Of a stretch of 64,000 nucleotides of DNA, positions 56,038-64,000 are shown in pieces. Every line of letters starts with the position of its first letter. Positions within the stretch are counted from its first letter, which is position 1. The notes beneath the pieces were generated by a model. It made no database searches. It saw only the letters and a program-made list of their open reading frames with translations, and was not told where the DNA came from. The position numbers and the translations under genes were made by a program. Origin of the DNA: an uncultured SAR86 cluster bacterium (lineage in GTDB: Bacteria > Pseudomonadota > Gammaproteobacteria > Magnimaribacterales > D2472); contig CACNUA010000005.1 in the NCBI GenBank assembly GCA_902623535.1, positions 109 through 64,108 of the forward strand. Reading direction: 5' to 3'.

Positions 56038-57317
56038 ATCGCAATAAATCAGATGCTCTTTTTAAAGAGGCGCAGATGCTGATGCCCGGAGGAGTTAATT
56101 CCCCTGTAAGAGCTTTCAAAAATGTTAACTCAAAACCTGTTTTTTTTAAGAGTGCCAATGGCGCATATTTAATTGATGAAGATGAAAATCAATACATAGA
56201 TTTTATTGGCTCCTGGGGGCCAATGATATTAGGTCACAGTAATCCTATTATCGTAAAAGCCATAAACGAGCAGCTAAAAAAAGGGACAAGCTTTGGAGCA
56301 CCAACAAAACTAGAGAACCACATGGCCTCCCTGATAAAAGAAAGCATCGGCTCTATTGAGAGAATCAGAATGGTTAATTCTGGTACCGAGGCAACAATGA
56401 GCTGCATAAGGTTAGCAAGAGGATATACGAACAGAAATACCATTATTAAATTTGATGGTTGTTACCATGGGCATGTTGACTCATTGCTTGTTAAAGCAGG
56501 CTCAGGTGTATCCACTTTTGGCTTACCTGACTCTCCCGGAATCCCTGAAGAGCTTGCTAAATTCACTATTTCTATTCCATACAATGATACCAAAGCATTT
56601 ATTAAGACCTTTGATGAAGTTAAAGATGATCTTGCTGCAGTAATTGTTGAACCAATAGCTGGCAACATGGGTTTCATCAAAGGGCATGTTGAATTCTTAA
56701 ATGTTCTAAAAGAAAAAACTCGTCAAAATAATACGGTTCTAATTTTTGACGAAGTAATGTCAGGGTTTAGGGTCAATCTTGGTGGTGCGCAATCAATATA
56801 TAACATTCAACCTGACTTGACTGCACTTGGTAAAATTATTGGTGGAGGTCTTCCTGTTGGGGCTTTTGGTGGTAATGCAGATATTATGAAATGCCTTGCT
56901 CCTGAAGGCCCTGTTTACCAGGCAGGTACACTTTCAGGTAATCCACTTGCAATGTCAGCAGGCATAGCTCTAATTTCTGAACTACAAAAAATTAACCCAT
57001 ACGAACAATTAGAATTAACTATTAAAAACTTCTTAAACGCCATCTCAGAAAGCTTAGAAGCTAAGAATATTGATTTTGCTTACAATGCTTCTGGCGGAAT
57101 GTTTGGTTTCTTTTTCTCAAGAGAACTTCCTAAAAATTTTGAAGATGTATGTGCAACAGATTCAAAAGTTTTCCAAAACTTCTTTATAAAATCTTTGAGT
57201 AAAGGTATTTACTTTGCGCCGTCAAAATTTGAAGCTGGATTTTTATCAACCACGCATTTAGAGGAAGTAATGCAATCTGCATCCCAAAAAGTCTTAGATG
57301 CAATAGAGGAATTATGA
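56034..57317 (+). CDS. hemL: Glutamate-1-semialdehyde 2,1-aminomutase
   Basis: PGGVNSPVRAF, NSGTEATM, FDEVMSGFR, GKIIGGGLPVG. Confidence 0.97.
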   Translation: MNRNKSDALFKEAQMLMPGGVNSPVRAFKNVNSKPVFFKSANGAYLIDEDENQYIDFIGSWGPMILGHSNPIIVKAINEQLKKGTSFGAPTKLENHMASLIKESIGSIERIRMVNSGTEATMSCIRLARGYTNRNTIIKFDGCYHGHVDSLLVKAGSGVSTFGLPDSPGIPEELAKFTISIPYNDTKAFIKTFDEVKDDLAAVIVEPIAGNMGFIKGHVEFLNVLKEKTRQNNTVLIFDEVMSGFRVNLGGAQSIYNIQPDLTALGKIIGGGLPVGAFGGNADIMKCLAPEGPVYQAGTLSGNPLAMSAGIALISELQKINPYEQLELTIKNFLNAISESLEAKNIDFAYNASGGMFGFFFSRELPKNFEDVCATDSKVFQNFFIKSLSKGIYFAPSKFEAGFLSTTHLEEVMQSASQKVLDAIEEL

Positions 57318-58312
57318 AGATGAAATATGACATAACTGCGATCGGAAATGCATTGGTTGATACTCAATTCAAAGTATCACATGAATTCATTAGAGAAGTT
57401 GGCCTCGAAATTGATCAAATGAATCTATCAAGTGCTGAGGAGCATGCTCCGATTATTGATAAGTTAAAAAAAGAGAATGCGGAATCAGTTTCTGATTGTG
57501 GAGGGTCAGCAACAAACACATTGGTAGCTGCAACTCATTTTGGTGCTAAATGTTTTCATACTTGCGTGGTTGCCGATGATGAAGATGGCCAAAGCTACCT
57601 TTCAAACCTTAAAAATATTGGCGTTAACCATAATTTTAAAATGCGGGATGCTGATGAGGTCCCAACAGGTAAATGTTTAATCTTAGTTACAGCAGATGCA
57701 AAAAGAACTATGTCTACAGCCCTGAATGTAAGTGCGCTTATGCGAATGGATGATATTGATTTTGTAGCGATGCTTGATACAGATATTCTTTACGTTGAAG
57801 GCTATATGGTGACGAGTAATGGAAACTATTCTGTCACCCTTGAGCTCTTAAAAAGAGCGTCCGAAAAAAATGTAAAAATTGCCCTATCACTCTCAGATCC
57901 AGGCATCGTCATGGGATTTAGAGACAGATTTACCGAGCTAGAAAGTTTTGGAGTTGATTACATTTTTTGTAACGATGAAGAAGCAATGGCCTTTACATCA
58001 ACTGAATCTATTGATTTGGCATTTGATAATCTTACAAAAAAAGATTTCATTAGTATTGTTACAACAGGCTCAAAGGGATGTTCAATTGTGAATAATGATC
58101 AATTAATCCAAGTAAAAGCTGAAAGCATTAATGCGGTAGATACAAATGGAGCCGGCGATATGTTTGCAGGCTGCTTTTTATATGCACTCTCTCAGGGTAA
58201 TTCTCTCAATGAATGCGGAAAATTTGCTAATTATGGCGCTTCTAAAATTGTTGAGACTTTTGGTCCAAGATTAACGGAATCTGGCTATCATGAAGTTCTA
58301 AAAAAGTTATAA
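57314..58312 (+). CDS. PfkB family (adenosine/inosine) kinase
   Basis: GNALVD, GGSATN, DTNGAGD. Confidence 0.9.
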   Translation: MKMKYDITAIGNALVDTQFKVSHEFIREVGLEIDQMNLSSAEEHAPIIDKLKKENAESVSDCGGSATNTLVAATHFGAKCFHTCVVADDEDGQSYLSNLKNIGVNHNFKMRDADEVPTGKCLILVTADAKRTMSTALNVSALMRMDDIDFVAMLDTDILYVEGYMVTSNGNYSVTLELLKRASEKNVKIALSLSDPGIVMGFRDRFTELESFGVDYIFCNDEEAMAFTSTESIDLAFDNLTKKDFISIVTTGSKGCSIVNNDQLIQVKAESINAVDTNGAGDMFAGCFLYALSQGNSLNECGKFANYGASKIVETFGPRLTESGYHEVLKKL

Positions 58313-58393
58313 AAAACTAGCTTATTAAGTTCATTTCTGCTATTTTCTTCGCCCTTAAATAATTTGATTAATCTCAACAACTAAAAAATTAAA

Positions 58394-59020
58394 ATGCCAA
58401 CTAAAAAAAGCAAAAAAACAACAGCAAAGAAAACCTCAAATAAAAAAGCAACAACCAAGACAGTCAATAAAAAAGTGAAAGCTGCTCCCAAGAAAAAAAC
58501 TGCAGCGCCGAAGAGAATAACTAAAAAAAATACTGCAGCTAAGTCTAAGGCACCAAAAAAGAAAGTAGCAAAATTATCTGTTGCAAAAAAGAAAAGAGTC
58601 GCTAAGAAAAAAGAACCACAAATCTCGTCCTATAAGCCCAAAAAGAAAGAGAAATACATGAGTGCTGCTATGAAGCGTCACTTTAATAAAGTTTTACTTA
58701 ATTGGAGAGAGCACCTTAAAGAAGAAATGCAAAAAACTTTTGATCACCTTAAAAATAAAGGTGAAACTTTTGCAGATCCTGTTGATCGTGCTTCGCAAGA
58801 GGAAGAGTTTGCCTTTGAATTGAGAACTAGGGATAGGGAAAGAAAACTTATCAAAAAGATTGTGAGCTCTTTAGAGCAAATAAAACAAGATGACTATGGA
58901 TACTGTTATTCGTGTGGAATTGAGATTGGTCTAAAAAGACTAGAGGCAAGACCCACTGCCACGCATTGCATTGATTGCAAGACTCTAGATGAGATAAAAG
59001 AAAAACAACTAGGGGGATAA
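58394..59020 (+). CDS. dksA: RNA polymerase-binding protein DksA with Lys-rich N-terminal extension
   Basis: DPVDRA, RTRDRERKL, CYSC...RLEARP..CIDCK. Confidence 0.95.
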   Translation: MPTKKSKKTTAKKTSNKKATTKTVNKKVKAAPKKKTAAPKRITKKNTAAKSKAPKKKVAKLSVAKKKRVAKKKEPQISSYKPKKKEKYMSAAMKRHFNKVLLNWREHLKEEMQKTFDHLKNKGETFADPVDRASQEEEFAFELRTRDRERKLIKKIVSSLEQIKQDDYGYCYSCGIEIGLKRLEARPTATHCIDCKTLDEIKEKQLGG

Positions 59021-59040
59021 TCAATCTCCAAAATTTTAAT

Positions 59041-60306
59041 TTGAGTAAACCAAATAATTCATTTGTAAGTCCACCAAAAAAACTCCTCCAAAATAAATTT
59101 GATAAGTTTGCTGAGGAAATTATCAAGCAATTACAAAAAAATGGTCACGATGCTTACCTCGTTGGAGGATGCATTAGAGATCAGTTAATAGATATTCCAG
59201 CTAAAGATTTTGATGTAGCGACCAGTGCAACACCAGAGCAAATTAGAAAGATATTTAAAGCCTCACGAATTATTGGAAAAAGATTTAAGTTGGTTCATGT
59301 TTACAAGGGTAGCCAAGTTATTGAAGTTTCTACTTTCAGAGCATCCGGAGCAAAATCTAATCAAGAAAAAATTGTTAAGGACCAGCTGGGTAAAATTTTA
59401 AGGGATAACGTTTGGGGGACAATTGAGGAAGATTGTGAAAGAAGAGACTTTACAATTAATTCTCTTTACTTTGATCCTATTCAAAAAAAATTATTTGATA
59501 GACATCAAGGAGTTAATGATTCTTATAAGCGTAAAATAGTTTCTATTGGGGATCCCATGTTGCGCTTTGAAGAAGATCCTGTCAGAAGTCTAAGAGCTGT
59601 AAGATTCGCAACAAAGCTAAACTTTAAAATTGATAAACAAATAAAAGATGCAATTTATGAAAAAGGATATCTCTTGAGCAGCATATCTAATGCCAGAAGG
59701 TTTGATGAATTTAATAAAATATTTATGTACGGGAAAGCCCAACATAACTTTAAAAAACTAGAAAATTTCAACTTGTTAAAACATTTAGTGAGTCATGTAG
59801 GGCAGTCTAATAGCTATGGTTATCGATTGCAGATGTCAGCGCTTATTAATACTGATAACAGAGTTCATGAAGGTAAATCAGTAACTCCTGGATTTCTTTT
59901 GGCAGCGATTTTATGGCCAAAGTTGATTGAATTAGCAACTGTTAAAAATTCGATTAGCACAAGAAGATTTTTTCCTAGCATGGATAAAATTTTAAGAGAC
60001 CAGCAAATCCTAACTGCTGTACCAAGGAGATTTTATACTTACATAAAAGATATTTGGTCATTGCAGTTGAGGCTTCAAAGTAGGATCAAAAATCAACCCT
60101 TTAAAGTACTACAACATCCAAGGTTTAGAGCTGCATATGATTTGTTATTATTAAGAATTGAGGCCTCTAATTCTAAGAGTGATATTGGTGATTGGTGGAC
60201 AAAGTTCCAATCATGCAACCGTCAAACTAAACTTGAGATGGTTAAAATGCATCGAGAGGACTCATCAAACTCCAAAAAATTTGGCTTATCTGGAGAGTTG
60301 GGATAA
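59041..60306 (+). CDS. pcnB: Poly(A) polymerase I
   Basis: VGGCIRD, KDFDV, IGKRFKLVHV, RRDFTIN, HPRFRAAYD. Confidence 0.93.
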   Translation: MSKPNNSFVSPPKKLLQNKFDKFAEEIIKQLQKNGHDAYLVGGCIRDQLIDIPAKDFDVATSATPEQIRKIFKASRIIGKRFKLVHVYKGSQVIEVSTFRASGAKSNQEKIVKDQLGKILRDNVWGTIEEDCERRDFTINSLYFDPIQKKLFDRHQGVNDSYKRKIVSIGDPMLRFEEDPVRSLRAVRFATKLNFKIDKQIKDAIYEKGYLLSSISNARRFDEFNKIFMYGKAQHNFKKLENFNLLKHLVSHVGQSNSYGYRLQMSALINTDNRVHEGKSVTPGFLLAAILWPKLIELATVKNSISTRRFFPSMDKILRDQQILTAVPRRFYTYIKDIWSLQLRLQSRIKNQPFKVLQHPRFRAAYDLLLLRIEASNSKSDIGDWWTKFQSCNRQTKLEMVKMHREDSSNSKKFGLSGELG

Positions 60307-60330
60307 TCTTTGTAAGATAATTTTTTTACA

Positions 60331-60999
60331 TTGATGGATTTAGCAATTCAGGAAGCTCCCATACCAAAGTTCATAGCAGTTGAAGGGCCTATCGGTGTTG
60401 GAAAGACAACCCTTGCGCATAAAATAGCGCAATCATTTAATTATGATGTATTTCTAGAAAAACCTGCAGAAAACCCTTTCTTGAACAGTTTTTATAGAAA
60501 CCCTAGACAGTCTGCCCTAGCTGCACAACTTTTCTTTTTATTTCAGCGAATGCAGCAAATTGAGGATCTTAAGCAACAAAGTTTGTTTGAGCCTGTTCGG
60601 GTTGCTGATTTTCTAATAGAAAAAGATAGGCTTTTTGCTGAGGTCACTTTATCTGATGAAGAGCTAGCACTGTACGACAAAGTGTATGAACACACCACAA
60701 TTGACGCCCCATCTCCAGACTTGGTGATATACCTTCAGGCTCCTGTTGAGGTTTTACTCGATAGAATTAATAAAAGGGGAAATCCTAATGAGAGGTATTT
60801 AACTGGTGAGTACCTAGAAAGGCTCAATGAGGCTTATTCAAAATTCTTTTTATACTATGAAAGTGCCCCGCTCCTGATAGTAAATGCTGCAGACATTAAT
60901 CTTGAGGAAGATGGTAAGGATTATGAGATGCTTTTAGAAACTATTACCACAAATCCAAAGGGTAAAAACTTTATCAATCCTCATCCAACAATCCTTTAA
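60331..60999 (+). CDS. Deoxynucleoside kinase
   Basis: [28 protein letters not shown]. Confidence 0.9.
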   Translation: MMDLAIQEAPIPKFIAVEGPIGVGKTTLAHKIAQSFNYDVFLEKPAENPFLNSFYRNPRQSALAAQLFFLFQRMQQIEDLKQQSLFEPVRVADFLIEKDRLFAEVTLSDEELALYDKVYEHTTIDAPSPDLVIYLQAPVEVLLDRINKRGNPNERYLTGEYLERLNEAYSKFFLYYESAPLLIVNAADINLEEDGKDYEMLLETITTNPKGKNFINPHPTIL

Positions 61000-62945
61000 T
61001 GACTGATATACAAGTCATTTCTCCTGAAAGAGGTTTTACAAACCCGCATTTAAGTTCCTTGGAAGAATATAAAAGACTGTATGAACAATCCATCAATGAC
61101 CCTGTTAATTTCTTTCAAAATGCCGCGAAAGAAAATTTAGTTTGGAGTAAGCCGTTTACAACTACTTTTAATAATCAATTCAAAAATGCGAAATGGTTTG
61201 AGGATGGTGAGTTAAACATTGCTTATAACTGCATTGATAGACATCTAGAGCATCATCAAGATAAAACTGCTTTTATTTGGGAAGGCGATGATCCTGCTGA
61301 AAGCAAGGATATTTCTTATCAAGAATTACATGACCAAGTATGTCGATTGGCTAATTTTATGAAAGATCTTGGAGTAAATAAGGGCGATAGAGTCTGTATC
61401 TACTTACCCATGATTCCTGAAGCAGTGTATTCAATGCTGGCTTGTGCTCGGATAGGCGTAGTTCATTCTGTGGTATTTGGAGGGTTCTCTGCTGAATCTC
61501 TTAAGGACAGGATTCTAGATGCTGACTGCTCATTAGTTATAACTGCTGACCAATCAGTTAGGGGAGGAAAGAAAACTAATCTCAAAAAAAATGTAGATAC
61601 TGCATTAGATTCTTGTCCTGGAGTTAAAAATTGTATTGTTGTTCAAAGGACAGGTGAAGGTACTGAAATGGTTTCGGGCAGGGATCATTACTACACAGAA
61701 AAGATTACTCAATATGATTCGACTTGTGAATGTGTTCCAACTAATTCGGAAGACCCTCTTTTTATTCTCTATACATCTGGATCTACAGGGAAACCTAAAG
61801 GAGTCATGCATACTGTTGGAGGATATCTTCTGGGAGCACACCTAAGTTTTAAATTTATATTTGGTTATCAGCAAGATGATATCTACTGGTGTACTGCAGA
61901 TGTTGGCTGGATAACTGGGCATACTTATATTGTTTATGGACCGCTAAGTAATTGTGCAACCAGTGTTATTTTCGAAGGCGTACCTACTTATCCTTCATCC
62001 TCAAGATGCTGGGAGATATGTGATAAACATCAAGTAAATATTTTTTATACTGCGCCAACTGCGATTCGAGCATTAATGGCTCAAGGCGATAAACCTGTAA
62101 AGAACACATCTAGAAAATCTTTAAAATTGCTTGGTACCGTTGGTGAGCCCATCAACCCAGAGGCCTGGGATTGGTATTATAAAATTGTTGGGGAATCACG
62201 TTGTCAAATTATTGATACCTGGTGGCAGACAGAGACTGGCTCTGTATTGATCTCACCCATCGCTGGAATTACTCCTGTAAAACCAGGCTCAGCAACATTT
62301 CCTTTTTTTGGAGTTAAGCCAGGCTTAATGAATGATGAAGGTAATTTGATTGAGGGTGAGGGCTCAGGAAATCTTGTGATACAAAATTCTTGGCCAAGCC
62401 AAATAAGAACGGTTTATGGGGATCATCAAAGGATGATTGATACATATTTTTCTGAGTATGAGGATATTTACTTTACCGGAGATGGCGCTAAAAGGGATGA
62501 AGATGGTTATTACTGGATTACAGGAAGGGTGGATGATGTCTTGAATGTTTCAGGGCATAGGCTTGGGACAGCTGAAATTGAAAGCGCCCTTGTACTTCAT
62601 CCAGTTGTTGCTGAGGCTGCAATTGTTGGATTTGAGCATCCCATCAAAGGGCAAGGAATATATGCATTTGTAACCCTAATGGTTGGCCAAAATTCAGATG
62701 ATGATCTTGCCAAAGAACTTTCAAAATTTGTTGCCAATGAAATCAGCCCCATTGCTAAACCTGATCTAATTCAATGGTCACCCAGTTTGCCTAAAACGCG
62801 TTCAGGAAAAATAATGAGAAGGATTTTAAGAAAAATTGCAGCTGGAGAAACTCATGATCTGGGAGACACTTCTACGTTAGCTGAACCAGAGGTTGTTAAG
62901 AATTTAGTTGAGAATAAACTCTCTTTAAATCAAAACAGTAAATAA
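60999..62945 (+). CDS. acs: Acetyl-CoA synthetase
   Basis: [32 protein letters not shown]. Confidence 0.97.
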   Translation: MTDIQVISPERGFTNPHLSSLEEYKRLYEQSINDPVNFFQNAAKENLVWSKPFTTTFNNQFKNAKWFEDGELNIAYNCIDRHLEHHQDKTAFIWEGDDPAESKDISYQELHDQVCRLANFMKDLGVNKGDRVCIYLPMIPEAVYSMLACARIGVVHSVVFGGFSAESLKDRILDADCSLVITADQSVRGGKKTNLKKNVDTALDSCPGVKNCIVVQRTGEGTEMVSGRDHYYTEKITQYDSTCECVPTNSEDPLFILYTSGSTGKPKGVMHTVGGYLLGAHLSFKFIFGYQQDDIYWCTADVGWITGHTYIVYGPLSNCATSVIFEGVPTYPSSSRCWEICDKHQVNIFYTAPTAIRALMAQGDKPVKNTSRKSLKLLGTVGEPINPEAWDWYYKIVGESRCQIIDTWWQTETGSVLISPIAGITPVKPGSATFPFFGVKPGLMNDEGNLIEGEGSGNLVIQNSWPSQIRTVYGDHQRMIDTYFSEYEDIYFTGDGAKRDEDGYYWITGRVDDVLNVSGHRLGTAEIESALVLHPVVAEAAIVGFEHPIKGQGIYAFVTLMVGQNSDDDLAKELSKFVANEISPIAKPDLIQWSPSLPKTRSGKIMRRILRKIAAGETHDLGDTSTLAEPEVVKNLVENKLSLNQNSK

Positions 62946-63287
62946 AGAGAAAACTCCTCCGAGCAAATAAAAGATTACAGAAAAATTTGTCATTGAGTTT
63001 TGGCCTAGTGCGTCAATTTCATTTCTCATTGAGTAAAATTTTTCAGCATTGAAAGCCAATATATAAAAACCCATGAAATGGATTGCTAGCAAAATAAAGA
63101 AAACCCAACTCATTGATTCCAGCAATGCAAACATACAAAGGACAAGGAAACCGAGTTCATAGCCAACATAGAATTTATGATTCGCTTTATTAAAAAAGAA
63201 TCCAACAAGATCAAATTTACTATTATTAAGCCAAAGAAAAGTTAAGGCGCTAAGCAAGTAGAAGCAGCCTAAAATAAATCCAAACAT
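62925..63287 (-). CDS. Hypothetical membrane protein
   Basis: Four hydrophobic segments; starts 2 bp after the upstream stop. Confidence 0.65.
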   Translation of the reverse strand: MFGFILGCFYLLSALTFLWLNNSKFDLVGFFFNKANHKFYVGYELGFLVLCMFALLESMSWVFFILLAIHFMGFYILAFNAEKFYSMRNEIDALGQNSMTNFSVIFYLLGGVFSLFTVLI

Positions 63288-63289
63288 AG

Positions 63290-64000
63290 CTAAATAAGTG
63301 ACCAGATTTTTTTATCCTCACTCAAAACAGCTATGCCATCCACTTCTAATTTTTCTAAATGTGCTGTGAGGCTCCACAGTGCAATCGGATGTAATTTTGA
63401 GTCAACGTCATCATAAACAAGCTTGACTAAATCATTAATATCACAAGGAGATGTTTTTTTTAGGCACTCATGAACCTTAGATTCTCTTTGAAGTCGATGA
63501 TTGATAATCCAATCAACCACAGCGACTGGATCTTCAAGGTAATCTCCATGACCAGGCGCAATGTAATCAAATGCATAGTCTTTGAGAAGTTTTAATGAAG
63601 ACAGGTATTGCTTCATGTTCCCATCAGGCGGAGCAATCACAACTGTTGAACCGTTCATAATATGATCACCGGTAATTAACATTGATGCATCATGAACTAA
63701 ATAACAAAGATGATTTGATGCGTGGCCAGGGGTATGAATGACCTCAATTTTATATTCTTCACAGTCAATCACATCGCCATGGCCCAAGACTTTATCGGGA
63801 GTAAAAGTTTTGTCTTGATGTCCATCATCTTGCTCCACCATCAATCCATAGGAGGGAATATTTAAAATATCTTTTAATGGTCTCACTCCTGGTGAATGGT
63901 CCCGATGAGTATGGGTAACCAAAATCCTTGTTGCTTTTTCCCCTACTGCATTAGCAATTTCATTAATGTGTGTGTCAATATTTGGCCCTGGATCAACAAT
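63290..64000 (-). CDS. Metallo-beta-lactamase fold hydrolase with C-terminal winged helix (LACTB2-like); 5' end outside window
   Basis: Frame open to the edge: IVDPGP...THTHRDH, TPGH, GDH, PGHG. Confidence 0.9.
   Translation of the reverse strand: MVDPGPNIDTHINEIANAVGEKATRILVTHTHRDHSPGVRPLKDILNIPSYGLMVEQDDGHQDKTFTPDKVLGHGDVIDCEEYKIEVIHTPGHASNHLCYLVHDASMLITGDHIMNGSTVVIAPPDGNMKQYLSSLKLLKDYAFDYIAPGHGDYLEDPVAVVDWIINHRLQRESKVHECLKKTSPCDINDLVKLVYDDVDSKLHPIALWSLTAHLEKLEVDGIAVLSEDKKIWSLI

Overview
AT-rich, extremely gene-dense bacterial chromosome segment. Spacers are tiny and many convergent genes overlap. Gene content and order are gammaproteobacterial and strongly reduced, consistent with a streamlined marine lineage such as SAR86 (inference, not a database result). 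The window holds about 57 CDS, mostly housekeeping (purA, hflCK, miaA, P-II, waaA, lpxL, ilvE, algC, slmA, mrcA, aroKB, gltBD, hemE, tyrS, putA, anmK, erpA, hemG, thiE, hemL, dksA, pcnB, acs), plus tRNA-Ile(GAT), tRNA-Ala(TGC) and an accessory zone at about 24-46 kb. No CRISPR, rRNA, transposase or intact integrase was seen. Best leads: (1) GltD carries an ~88-aa N-terminal extension resembling an integrase arm-type/AP2-like DNA-binding domain; it is transcribed divergently from gltB across a 47-bp spacer containing a tandem ATGTCATAC repeat, suggesting a possible enzyme-regulator fusion. (2) Two related structured RNA elements lie downstream of a Fur-boxed TonB receptor. (3) Stand-alone tRNA-Ile and tRNA-Ala downstream of tyrS look like the remains of an rRNA operon. 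(4) A palindrome-preceded diiron oxygenase / beta-helix / diheme cytochrome operon follows orphan cobST. (5) A GT4-methyltransferase-(alpha/alpha)-barrel-methyltransferase cluster. (6) A miniature kinase + HxGH nucleotidyltransferase pair. (7) A secreted SnoaL-like protein with an inserted PDZ domain. All family calls come from motif recognition by eye.
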